A stretch of DNA of 64,000 nucleotides from Pyrinomonadaceae bacterium (GCA_045403245.1 JAXIOV010000034.1:3942-67941); one strand, 5' to 3'; positions 46,191 to 54,864 are shown, counted from the stretch's first letter. A program made the numbers and translations. The notes: generated by a model from the letters alone, not told the origin.

Positions 46191-46571
46191 ATGGCTATGA
46201 AACTCTACGTAGGAAATCTCTCGTTTCAAACTTCGAGTGATGAACTACAGCAACTTTTTGCTCAGGCAGGCACGGTCGAATCAGCGACAGTGGTTGAAGA
46301 TCGCGACACCGGTCGATCGCGCGGCTTTGGATTCGTCGAGATGGCTTCGAAGGAAGAAGGCGAAAAGGCTATTCAACAATTCAACGGCACCGACCTGAAC
46401 GGTCGCAACCTCACCGTCAATGAAGCCAGACCGCGCGAAGATCGTGGCAATCGCGGCGGCGGTGGCGGACGCGGCGGTTATGGTGGCAATCGTGGCGGCG
46501 GTGGCGGACGCGGTGGTTATGGTGGTGGCAGCGGCGGCGGCGGCGGACGTGACCGCTCGCCACGCTGGTAG
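46191..46571 (+). CDS. RRM-type RNA-binding protein with a glycine/arginine-rich tail
   Basis: RNP2 is KLYVGNL and RNP1 is RGFGFVEM. The C-terminus carries RGGGGGRGGYGG repeats. Confidence 0.9.
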   Translation: MAMKLYVGNLSFQTSSDELQQLFAQAGTVESATVVEDRDTGRSRGFGFVEMASKEEGEKAIQQFNGTDLNGRNLTVNEARPREDRGNRGGGGGRGGYGGNRGGGGGRGGYGGGSGGGGGRDRSPRW

Positions 46572-46586
46572 ACCACGAATAAAGAT

Positions 46587-46625
46587 GAATGGCAAATAGC
46601 AAGTGCCTGGCCCTATTTGCCATTC
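46587..46625 (+). terminator. Perfect 13-bp hairpin after the RRM gene (terminator-like, no T tract)
   Basis: GAATGGCAAATAG (46587-46599) pairs with CTATTTGCCATTC (46613-46625). Confidence 0.45.
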
Positions 46626-46702
46626 ACCATATCTCATTCGAAACATTTTGAGTTTTTAACTATTTACCCTTCACGATTTTACCACTTACCAAAGAGGGAT
46701 TT

Positions 46703-47080
46703 ATGGAAAAGCAGACAGTAGAAAAGCAGACTTATGCGGTCGGTGACAGAGTTGAAAAACTATGCGCGGTTTGTGACGAAGAACGCGGTCATGTCGTGGC
46801 ATCCGTGACCAAGAGAGGTTTGATCTCGCGCGTCACTTGCCCGAAGTGCAGCACGCGAAGCTCGTTTGCCAACAGCGCCAAAGTAACCAAGGAACGTTCA
46901 AAGTCGGTTAGTAGTGAGCCTTACGATCGGACCCGCACCTACCGGACGGGTCAAACCATGAGCCATCCAATCTGGGGCTCAGGTGAAGTGACCGCGCTCA
47001 TCGAACCGCGAAAGATCGATGTCCTCTTCGCCGATCGAATTCGCAGGTTGATTCATTCCCGACAGGAACTGTCAAACTAA
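46703..47080 (+). CDS. Small zinc-ribbon protein of unknown function
   Basis: CAVCDEE...CPKC forms a CxxC...CxxC ribbon. The C-terminal HPIWGSGEVTALIEPRKIDVLF resembles DUF3553-type SH3-like tails. An SD (AAGAGGGA) is present. Confidence 0.6.
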   Translation: MEKQTVEKQTYAVGDRVEKLCAVCDEERGHVVASVTKRGLISRVTCPKCSTRSSFANSAKVTKERSKSVSSEPYDRTRTYRTGQTMSHPIWGSGEVTALIEPRKIDVLFADRIRRLIHSRQELSN

Positions 47081-47102
47081 CTGCCAGGGCGCGCCAGCTT
47101 TT

Positions 47103-48431
47103 TCAACTTATCTCCTCCGCACGTTTTTCGTCCTGGCGCCTGACAGATTGCAACCGGTCGGGTAACCTCACCTTTCCCGACGCAAACAATAACAACCACA
47201 CAATTCCCGAAGTAGCTGACAACCCGCCGGCCACAAGAGTTAACAGTCGCGGCGTGATTAGCCGCAAAGACCATCCCGCTACCAGAGTCGACAAACTCCA
47301 AACCAGCAGTTCTGTGGCGCGGTCGGTGGTGGACACTCGGCCTCGCAACTTGTCAGGTACCAGCCGCATCAACAGCGTCTCCTGCACAGCAAATTCAGCC
47401 CCCAGCAGGATCCGGCCCAGGAACATGAGGACACAAGCCAGCCAAAGGTTCGGCGCCACTCCGATGAGCGCGAAAGCGATTCCCTGGATAAACAAACTCC
47501 AGCCCATGAAGCGCGGGATGTTGCCCTGCGTCTCGAAGTAAGTCCCGATCCGCCGGGCCACTATCATTCCGATGAACAGTCCGAGGCCGGCGGCGAAATA
47601 GAGGGCTGCCACAGCTTCATCGCCGCTAAGGCCCCGTTGGCCCGCAAAGACGATCCCGCCAAGCCGATCCGAGATAAGGTTTGTGGCTCCGCCACCTGTG
47701 GCCCAGAGAATGTTGATTCCGAGAATCGCCGCAACCGGCGCGTTGCTGACAATGTATGACCAGCCTTCTCGTATGTCTGACCAGAAGCTGCTTCTGCGTG
47801 GAGTGGTCCCTTCCAACGGCAGGACGGACGGCTCCTGCCTGGTTTCGCGATCCGGCACCAGCCAAACGGAAATCGCTGAACCTACAAAAGAAATGGCGTT
47901 GACGATGAAGGCGGCCCGGTACCCGACAGTGGCGGCGGTCCAGCCGCCGAGCGCTGCGCCAAACGACATCAGGAGAAACCGCGATGAAAACATCAGCGCG
48001 TTGCCTGCCAGCAGGTCGCGCTCGCCGGTGATATTGGGAAGAGCCGCATTCTTCGCCGCCTCAAAGAACGCGTGGAAGGCAGACAGTAACGCCGTACAGA
48101 GATAAGCAATCCATAAATCTTCCGGCCGGTCTACGAGCAACATGCCGAAGGCGACGACGACCCGGGTGATATCGCTCACGATCATCACCGTTCGTCGTGA
48201 AAAGCGATCTACAAAAGCACCGGCGACCGGGGCAAATAATGTGAATGGCACCAGCCGGGCGAGCAGCATGATGGTCGTTGCTTCCGGGTCGCCATCTGAA
48301 ATCACGCGCACCAATCCGAGCCCGGCAATGAAGTGAAACCAGCTGCCAAGTTCGGAAATTACCTGCCCCCACCACAATCGCCTGAATGAGCGATTGCTGC
48401 GCAGGAGTTGAAGGTAGGTTAACGAGTCCAT
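47103..48431 (-). CDS. MFS transporter (MFS_3 / EntS-like)
   Basis: The start MDSLTYLQLLRSNRSFRRLWWGQVISELGSWF is followed by 12 helices. The ORF-track start at 48689 reads through a heptamer array and the upstream terminator. Confidence 0.85.
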   Translation of the reverse strand: MDSLTYLQLLRSNRSFRRLWWGQVISELGSWFHFIAGLGLVRVISDGDPEATTIMLLARLVPFTLFAPVAGAFVDRFSRRTVMIVSDITRVVVAFGMLLVDRPEDLWIAYLCTALLSAFHAFFEAAKNAALPNITGERDLLAGNALMFSSRFLLMSFGAALGGWTAATVGYRAAFIVNAISFVGSAISVWLVPDRETRQEPSVLPLEGTTPRRSSFWSDIREGWSYIVSNAPVAAILGINILWATGGGATNLISDRLGGIVFAGQRGLSGDEAVAALYFAAGLGLFIGMIVARRIGTYFETQGNIPRFMGWSLFIQGIAFALIGVAPNLWLACVLMFLGRILLGAEFAVQETLLMRLVPDKLRGRVSTTDRATELLVWSLSTLVAGWSLRLITPRLLTLVAGGLSATSGIVWLLLFASGKVRLPDRLQSVRRQDEKRAEEIS

Positions 48432-48446
48432 GTCTTTCGATCGGCT

Positions 48447-48495
48447 GCGAGTTCTGACTACTGAGTGCTGAGTTCTGAGTTCCGAGTTTTGAGTA
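48447..48495. repeat. Tandem heptamer array, about 7 units of CTGAGTN
   Basis: gcgagtt ctgacta ctgagtg ctgagtt ctgagtt ccgagtt ttgagta, 16 nt upstream of the MFS start. The unit is the same as at 15214. Confidence 0.8.
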
Positions 48496-48514
48496 CTAGG
48501 ATTTTGAATTAGAA

Positions 48515-48543
48515 CGAGCCGCCCGATTGAATCAGGCGGCTCG
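48515..48543 (-). terminator. GC hairpin after the enoyl-CoA hydratase gene (candidate terminator)
   Basis: CGAGCCGCC (48515-23) pairs with GGCGGCTCG (48535-43). The downstream T tract is weak. Confidence 0.4.
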
Positions 48544-48568
48544 CGTCCCCTTAGGTTGTCTGGAGAAT

Positions 48569-49363
48569 CTATCCGCCTACAAATTTTGGAGGTCGCTTTT
48601 CGAGGAACGCGGTGACTCCTTCTTTGAAATCCTTCGTCTGGCCGGTCTCGATCTGCGCCTCTCTTTCCAGTTCCAGCTGACCGGCACAATCATTGTTTGC
48701 GCTGGTCTCCAGAAGTTGTTTGATCCGACCGATGGCTACAGTCGGCGCCTGGGCCAGTCGTTCGGCCATCGCCATTGCATGGACCATCAACTCGTTGTCG
48801 GGAACGACCGCGTTAATCATTCCCCATTCCAGGGCCTGCGCCGCGTTGACGACGTCCCCGGTAATCATCAATTCCGTGGCCCGCTTCCATCCGATTAGGC
48901 GCGGCAGGATGAAAGTTCCACCGCAGTCAGGCACGAGTCCTATCTTGATGAACGCTTGATTGAACCGGGCGGTTTCTCCGGCAATCACTACATCGCAAGC
49001 CAGGGCCAGATTACAGCCACCGCCGGAGGCCGCCCCATTCACCGCGGCGATAAATGGTAACGGAGTCTGGCGAATCAACAGGATGCACTCATTGAGCATC
49101 CTCAATGGCTCGTCGAAGAATGCCTCAACTTTGCCTTCGCGCTCGGCAATCTTCTGCATCTCGCGCAAATCTCCCCCGGCACAGAACGCCCGTCCGGCGC
49201 CGGTGAGGACAATTGCGCGCGCGCCTTTTGCGAGTCCCTCAGCTATTACCCCTTTAAACTCCTGACCAACCTGTGTGTTCAGCGCATTTAACGAATCAGG
49301 CCGGTTGAGTGTGATGACACCCACCCCGCCGCGCATCTCGAATTGAATAGTTTCGTAACCCAT
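48569..49363 (-). CDS. Enoyl-CoA hydratase/isomerase (crotonase) family protein
   Basis: GVGVITLNRPDSLNAL, FCAGGDL and AAVNGAASGGGCNLALACD oxyanion-hole motifs. Start at MGYETIQF (49363). Confidence 0.9.
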   Translation of the reverse strand: MGYETIQFEMRGGVGVITLNRPDSLNALNTQVGQEFKGVIAEGLAKGARAIVLTGAGRAFCAGGDLREMQKIAEREGKVEAFFDEPLRMLNECILLIRQTPLPFIAAVNGAASGGGCNLALACDVVIAGETARFNQAFIKIGLVPDCGGTFILPRLIGWKRATELMITGDVVNAAQALEWGMINAVVPDNELMVHAMAMAERLAQAPTVAIGRIKQLLETSANNDCAGQLELEREAQIETGQTKDFKEGVTAFLEKRPPKFVGG

Positions 49364-49517
49364 GGCTGAATTCAAGTTAAATCTATATCGTAGGACACCC
49401 AAAACACGGACTAGCTTGTCCAGAAACGCAAAGGCGATACGTGCCGAATGGGTCTTTGGCTACTGGGCGTTGGCTTGACTCCGGGATTCTGTTCGACTCT
49501 TAGCTTAACGAGGTAGT

Positions 49518-49817
49518 TCAGGTCCTTGGTTGAGCCGCACGATTCGCGCTAAAACAATCTCCACACAGAACCGGTCTGCCGCTTGAAGGTTTAAACGGGA
49601 CCGTATCTTGTTTTCCACACTGGTCGCAGGTAATGTCGAATCTCTGACGTTCGCCACCACCTCCTCTTGATCCTCCAAAGTTTGAACGGCGCGCATCTCG
49701 GCAGGGCTTGCAGCGTTTTGGATGCGTCAGATTGCGTTCCTGGTAATACTCCTGCTCTCGTTCGGTGAAAGGAAAAGTATTGCCGCATTCCGCGCATGTG
49801 ATCTCGATGTCTGGCAT
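49518..49817 (-). CDS. CxxC-x17-CxxC type double zinc-ribbon protein with an RGG linker
   Basis: CAECG...CKPC and CDQCG...CGDC are two ribbons separated by GGSRGGGGER. Start at MPDIEITC (49817). Confidence 0.7.
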   Translation of the reverse strand: MPDIEITCAECGNTFPFTEREQEYYQERNLTHPKRCKPCRDARRSNFGGSRGGGGERQRFDITCDQCGKQDTVPFKPSSGRPVLCGDCFSANRAAQPRT

Positions 49818-50131
49818 GTCGCTGATCTCCCGGGAGGTGGAACTGAGGACTTCCACTCTCATAGCTCTTCGGAGCGCAGGCGAATCGTCACCATCCGTCT
49901 CTATTGGCTCTTGGTTCAGAAGAAATCAGAAGGAGCGTATTGCTCTACCCTCGCCTACGGTGCCCGCGTCCGAAACGGTTAAGTGGGCCTGAGTTTACTC
50001 CTTCACAAGCTAAGCTTCAAACATTAAACGACGCGAGTGATGCGTCAATACATGTGCACGTCAATCGCGTTTCCTGTGTCAGGCTTTGGCACATTCCGCG
50101 GCGGCTGAATGGCTGGTTGGATCAGGAGCCG

Positions 50132-51082
50132 TTATTTGTCACCTCTTTGCAGTTCCAACACATGAGCACGCACCGTTTGGCCCAATGTCTGCAGGTTATA
50201 ACCACCTTCAAGACACGAAACTACCCGTCCCTGGCAGGCACTCCTTGCCCAATCCTTCACCGCCCGGGTCATCGAAATGAAGTCGTCGTCCTCCAATAAC
50301 AACTGACCCAATGGGTCTGCTTTGTGGGAATCGAACCCGGCCGAGATAATGATCAGGTCGGGTTTGAACTTGCCGCCAATCTCCTCCAACGCCGCCTCAA
50401 ACATTCGCTTGTGCTCTGTCGCCTGAGTGCCGGCGCGCAACGGAACATTCAGAGTGTAGCCGGCTCCACGACCGACACCGCTTTCGCCGCGTGCCCCGGT
50501 GCCCGGGTACCACGGATATTGATGAGACGAGAAAAAGAAGACTGTCGGATCGTCGTAGAAGACACCCTGAGTGCCATTTCCATGATGAACGTCCCAATCG
50601 ACAATCGCCACGCGTTCGATCTCCGGGTAATGGTTTTGTGCGTATTTGGCGGCCACCGCCACGTTGTTAAAGAGGCAAAAGCCCATGGCCCGCTCCGGCG
50701 TTGCGTGATGACCGGGGGGTCGCACCGGCACAAATGCGTTATCGGCGTCGCCTTTCATTATCAGATCAATGGCCTCGCAGGCGGCGCCCGCTCCTCGCAA
50801 AGCCGCCTCCATCGACTTCATTGAAACCACAGTGTCCGCGTCGAGATACCCGGTCCCATCGCTGACGACTCTCTCGATCTGTTTGTAGAGTTGCGGGGTG
50901 TGGGCTGCCTGCACATCACCTCGAGGCGCTTCCCTTGCCTCAACTTCGAGTAGTGTCGGCCACAGTTGCGCGTCGTCGCGGAGCGCGTTCATCACCACAG
51001 AATAGCGCGATGGCGATTCAGGGTGTCCTGGTCCGGTGTCGTGTTCTTTGAAGACTGGATGATGGATGATTGCGGTTGTCAT
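50132..51082 (-). CDS. Histone deacetylase-family (AcuC/Aph-like) zinc amidohydrolase
   Basis: RPPGHHA, DWDVHHGNGTQ and the G-G-Y region. Start at MTTAIIHHPVFKEH (51082). Confidence 0.9.
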   Translation of the reverse strand: MTTAIIHHPVFKEHDTGPGHPESPSRYSVVMNALRDDAQLWPTLLEVEAREAPRGDVQAAHTPQLYKQIERVVSDGTGYLDADTVVSMKSMEAALRGAGAACEAIDLIMKGDADNAFVPVRPPGHHATPERAMGFCLFNNVAVAAKYAQNHYPEIERVAIVDWDVHHGNGTQGVFYDDPTVFFFSSHQYPWYPGTGARGESGVGRGAGYTLNVPLRAGTQATEHKRMFEAALEEIGGKFKPDLIIISAGFDSHKADPLGQLLLEDDDFISMTRAVKDWARSACQGRVVSCLEGGYNLQTLGQTVRAHVLELQRGDK

Positions 51083-51463
51083 TTGACTCTGGTGAATAGT
51101 AAGGCTCAATATTAAATAGACCAACCTCGCTGCATCAACAACAGAACCAGCTCCCCCTTCAACGCACGATGAGTCTGATTAACTATTTACCATTCACGGC
51201 TTTTCACAAGTGTCTCAATCTAATCAAACCTCTTGCCTCGCAGACTCAAAACAATACGTCTGAGCTAAGTCAAAAAGCCGTCATACCAATCTCTTCGAGT
51301 CCAAACTGCCCAAAAAGGGCAAGGTTTTTTCCAACAAACATCTTCTCGGTGGGAATCGTGTGAATAAGGGAATACCAGTTGCACATTGCATTGCGACGCA
51401 ACCGACAAACAGTTCCAAGGTCAAGACTAATTGTCGGAATCGATTCAGACCAGGAGGAAACAG

Positions 51464-52027
51464 ATGGAATACGATGATGAGCAGTCCAGGAAAAGCCGGG
51501 TAGTAGTCGAGACGCCGACGGCGAGACGCGAGGTCACCCAAACGGAAGCTTATCGAAACGATCGGGGAGGCATTTCCGGCGCCACGGTTGGAGTAATTGT
51601 GGTGGTGGCGATCGCGTTAATAACGATAGTCGTGCTGTTTTTGATGAACGGACGAACCACCGACACCACTAACGCCAACCTTCCACCGGAGCAGCAACCG
51701 TCAGTGATTGCTCAGCAACCGGCGCAACAACCTCCGGTGATTGTTCAGCAGCCGGCGCCTGCCGGACAGCCTCCGGTGATTATCAATCAGCCGGCACCTG
51801 GCGGTGGCTCTACTGGATCGGCTGACGGCGCAATTCAGATGGCAATTGACAAGCGAATCACCGACGATCCTGTACTCTCAGGTCTCAGTATTACGGCCAC
51901 GGTGTTGGACGGCGAGGTCACCCTAACGGGCACGGTAAAGAGTGAAGAACTTAAGACCCAGGTTGAGCGAGCAATCCGGGCGATCAAGGGCGTAAACCAG
52001 GTCGACAATCAGCTGCTTGTGATGTGA
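51464..52027 (+). CDS. Membrane-anchored BON domain protein with a Q/P-rich repeat linker
   Basis: The ATG is preceded by AGGAGGA. TM helix GVIVVVAIALITIVVLFL, a QQPxVI repeat linker and a C-terminal BON domain (LTGTVKSEELKTQVERAIRAIKGVNQVDNQL). Confidence 0.8.
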   Translation: MEYDDEQSRKSRVVVETPTARREVTQTEAYRNDRGGISGATVGVIVVVAIALITIVVLFLMNGRTTDTTNANLPPEQQPSVIAQQPAQQPPVIVQQPAPAGQPPVIINQPAPGGGSTGSADGAIQMAIDKRITDDPVLSGLSITATVLDGEVTLTGTVKSEELKTQVERAIRAIKGVNQVDNQLLVM

Positions 52028-52065
52028 GCGAGTCTCGAGTCGACGAGTCTGAAGTCGCGAGTCGC
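52028..52065. repeat. Heptamer-periodic array, about 5 units of NGAGTCN
   Basis: gcgagtct cgagtcg acgagtct gaagtcg cgagtcg, starting at the BON gene stop codon. Confidence 0.6.
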
Positions 52066-52087
52066 CGTCGCGATTGAATGAAAGAGG

Positions 52088-52118
52088 AAAGCGCCGCGAT
52101 CTAAAGATGCGGCGCTTT
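52088..52118. terminator. Intrinsic terminator between convergent genes
   Basis: AAAGCGCCGC (52088-97) pairs with GCGGCGCTTT (52109-18). A/T tracts on both sides suggest a possibly bidirectional terminator. Confidence 0.6.
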
Positions 52119-52250
52119 TCCGTGATCGTCATTTCAACTACTCAAGCCAACTACTGGGACCGCATCAGGCGTCCCGCCCGCCATGAGGGCGTCAGCGCGA
52201 ACCCTCTCGTTGATCCCCACCTTATACGCGAGACTCTTCCGGGATAAACG

Positions 52251-52685
52251 TCAGCTGTCCTTTTCTTTGACTTGAATCTCAGCAGTTTCGAGCGAAGTCT
52301 CTATCTCGATGTTCTGGTTCTCACAGGAAAATAGAAGAAGTCTTCGTTCTTCGAAGACGAAAAAACCCACATCCTTAATCTGGCCGGGCGCGCTAAAGCA
52401 GACTAGTCGTTGCACGGGACTCAAGTCGCCGCTGAGCAAGGTATCAACCTCAACACTTATCTGCCTTCTCGACTCTTCATCCATCTCCAGTTCACCGACC
52501 GCGACCGGATGTGGCAGCAACCCCATTTCTCCATCCAGGAAAATTGTCCAGATGAATCCAATATCCAACAGGATGTGCAGGGCTTCATCAAAGATGAAAT
52601 AACCGAGCGGGGTGGTGTCGACGACATGCGCGATCACATGGTCCTGGTGAGTCGTGGTTTCCTTTGTGATCCAATCTGGTTTCAT
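52251..52685 (-). CDS. Acidic cytoplasmic protein of unknown function
   Basis: 144-aa ORF whose ATG overlaps the upstream (pseudogene) stop in an ATGA. No family recognised. Confidence 0.45.
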   Translation of the reverse strand: MKPDWITKETTTHQDHVIAHVVDTTPLGYFIFDEALHILLDIGFIWTIFLDGEMGLLPHPVAVGELEMDEESRRQISVEVDTLLSGDLSPVQRLVCFSAPGQIKDVGFFVFEERRLLLFSCENQNIEIETSLETAEIQVKEKDS

Positions 52686-53204
52686 GCTTCCTTGCTTTCA
52701 TAGTCCAGGAGAGATTTTCCTTTGACTGCCGCAATAGCGGCTGCCAACACCGAACCAACGCCACCGATCACTACCGACAACGGAGCCCCGACCACTGATG
52801 CCACCAGTCCAGCTTCGACCTCTCCTAACTGCGGCCAGCCCATGAAGAAGATCATGTTGATGGAAGTCATGCGGCCTCGCAGTTGATTGGGTGTTGCCAG
52901 TTGGCGGGATTGTGTGTCTCAGCACCGTGCTCACGGTGTCGGCCGCCCCAGCGACCGCCAGCATCAACAGAATTATGGGCGCTCCCCTGAAAAACCCGAC
53001 CAAACCCAACGCGAACGCCGATTTTGTTAGCAGATAGACATGCCAGTGAATCGCCACAGATTGCATTTGCGATCCCGTCACCGAAACTATCTGACCGATC
53101 CACATCAACCGGAAATCACGATGGCGCAAAGCTGAAAAGGATGAGCGAGGGTCTTGCGGCGGATTGAGTACTGGTTGGGGAGAGCCGGTTTCGGGCGATG
53201 CCAT
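52682..53204 (-). pseudogene. MFS transporter remnant with a large internal deletion
   Basis: The first roughly 95 codons (FRLMWIGQIVSVTGSQMQSVAIHWHVYLL...) are an MFS_3 N-terminus like the gene at 47103-48431. A second frame (52682-52870) encodes only a last-helix C-terminus. About 520 nt remain where roughly 1.2-1.3 kb is expected. Confidence 0.6.
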
Positions 53205-53354
53205 CTGGAATAATTACGTTAAGTCTTCTTGTTAACTACGAGTTTACACGATGGTTGGCCTCGAAGCTTGTTCGAGGCCATTGATGCTGGGCAGCAGCTC
53301 CGGACTATTTATATTTGATGTGGGTTGTATAACTGAAATCCCGAGCCGGGCAGG

Positions 53355-53729
53355 TTAATCCAGGTAATGTTCACCGAGTTTGACTTGCAGTTTTTCAGGT
53401 ACTGATTTCCAGGCGGCCAGGCGGAGTTCGCTCGAATCTACATCGTAGGTATGCATCCGCAAGGGGGACCAATGCTCAAAGCTTTTTTCGCAAATCCAGC
53501 GGTAGATTGGGCCATTGCCTCGGCGGCTGTAGAAAACGTTCTCGCAGGCGATTGTTTCGGCACGCACGAGCCTGATGTAAATCCGCAATCCCGTCATCTT
53601 GATGTTCTTTCTTTCATAGAACTCGCCCGTCGCAGCCGTGGACAGATTACCGATAGCAATTTCGCAAGAAGTCTTTTGGTAAGCAAGTCTTTTCAAACTA
53701 TACGCCCACACGGTTGGTTGCCTTGTCAA
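53355..53729 (-). CDS. Hypothetical protein (start uncertain, possibly ATG 53597)
   Basis: The ORF has no recognisable family. The long version overlaps the omega-like gene end by 32 nt. Confidence 0.3.
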   Translation of the reverse strand: MTRQPTVWAYSLKRLAYQKTSCEIAIGNLSTAATGEFYERKNIKMTGLRIYIRLVRAETIACENVFYSRRGNGPIYRWICEKSFEHWSPLRMHTYDVDSSELRLAAWKSVPEKLQVKLGEHYLD

Positions 53730-53955
53730 ACTCCGGAAACGGGACCAGTCCTCGCTTCACTTCTTCAATTGCGATGCTGGTATTCCTCCGCCGCCTCTTG
53801 TCGTTTTCGATCCGCGGCTTTGAGCCACGGAGAAGTTGTTTCGTTCTCAAACCCGCGACGATGATCAAGTGAAACCGTGAGGCTATTCCTGGCCAGGTTC
53901 CCTCAGTGGCGATTCCAGTCAAACCGTTGTCAGCTTTGTTAATAGTCTCAGTCAT
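53698..53955 (-). CDS. rpoZ: RNA polymerase omega subunit-like protein (divergent)
   Basis: SRFHLIIVAGLRTKQLLRG follows the N/S-R/K-F/Y-x-L-v-x-v-a-a-k-R-A-k-Q-L core of RpoZ, and NTSIAIEEVKRGLVPF follows the second conserved helix. The usual AAKRA is replaced by AGLRT. Confidence 0.55.
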   Translation of the reverse strand: MTETINKADNGLTGIATEGTWPGIASRFHLIIVAGLRTKQLLRGSKPRIENDKRRRRNTSIAIEEVKRGLVPFPEFDKATNRVGV

Positions 53956-54166
53956 TACCGGTGTTCTCCCGAATTCCGTCTTAGCGGATTGTTCTCTTAG
54001 CGTCATTGCAGCTCTCCTTAAATGACTCTCACGAGGAGGAAAAGCGCGGGAAAGGCCAATGCGGCGATTACGACAAAGTGCAACCAGCTCATTGCCGACT
54101 GACTGCAGTTAGGGCAACGTACCTTCCAGAGTCGCAGAATCGTTCCACAATGATGGCAGTACCAAA

Positions 54167-54511
54167 TCATTTTCCGGGACCGCCATTCTGTTTCGCTTCA
54201 CCGTTTTTCATGACCCGCTCGAGCTGGCTATGATCAAGCGGAACTCCCTGGTTCAAGTTAACCAGCGGATCCTCAATTAGCCAATAACTAGCCCGACCCT
54301 GATCCGTGGTCGTCAGATTCTTGAAGGCCGCCTCGTCAAGCACCACGGGTCTGAAGCATTCCATTCCGGCGTCGCGCGAGTGAGCCAGCATCGCCTCTCC
54401 GGTGCTATGAAATATGGGAACGCGAAAATCTCCCTGATCATCCAGGGCAAACCAGTCGCCGTTGGCGCGCCGCATGGCGAACAAACTCATCATGGCGTTC
54501 TCTCTTTCCAC
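54167..54511 (-). CDS. Hypothetical cytoplasmic protein
   Basis: 114-aa ORF that overlaps the upstream membrane-protein gene by 22 nt. No family recognised. Confidence 0.4.
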   Translation of the reverse strand: MERENAMMSLFAMRRANGDWFALDDQGDFRVPIFHSTGEAMLAHSRDAGMECFRPVVLDEAAFKNLTTTDQGRASYWLIEDPLVNLNQGVPLDHSQLERVMKNGEAKQNGGPGK

Positions 54512-54777
54512 AGCTCGGGAGCGGAGGTTATGTGCAGATCATCGTCAGTGTCATGCCGGACAAAAATCGAAAACACCAGGAAGGCCACGCCGCAGGCGAA
54601 AACTGTCATGGCAATCGCAAACCACAGGTGGATTCCTCCGCCCTGAGGATCGACGACCCCCTCTGCACCCTTGAAGGTTGCGAACTGGTAAAACTGCCAG
54701 ATGGCAATTCCGGTCACGAGAATTAGACCGGAAATCGATCCGATCACATTTTTCATGTTCTTTCTTGCGTAGCTCAT
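54490..54777 (-). CDS. Small two-helix membrane protein
   Basis: Helices GSISGLILVTGIAIWQFYQF and IHLWFAIAMTVFACGVAFLVFSIFV. Confidence 0.5.
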   Translation of the reverse strand: MSYARKNMKNVIGSISGLILVTGIAIWQFYQFATFKGAEGVVDPQGGGIHLWFAIAMTVFACGVAFLVFSIFVRHDTDDDLHITSAPELWKERTP

Positions 54778-54864
54778 TGATTACCCCACAACCTACTGAT
54801 TTTTCGATCGACGTGGTGAAGGTGAGAAACGTTGAGGACTAGATGGCGGGCGCCTGCACTGCGC

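Noticed and set aside
46281-46646. Minus-strand ORFs opposite the glycine-rich tail of the RRM protein.
   Set aside because: They are the antisense reading of GGN repeats (which gives Ala/Thr/Pro runs), and they extend through the terminator hairpin.
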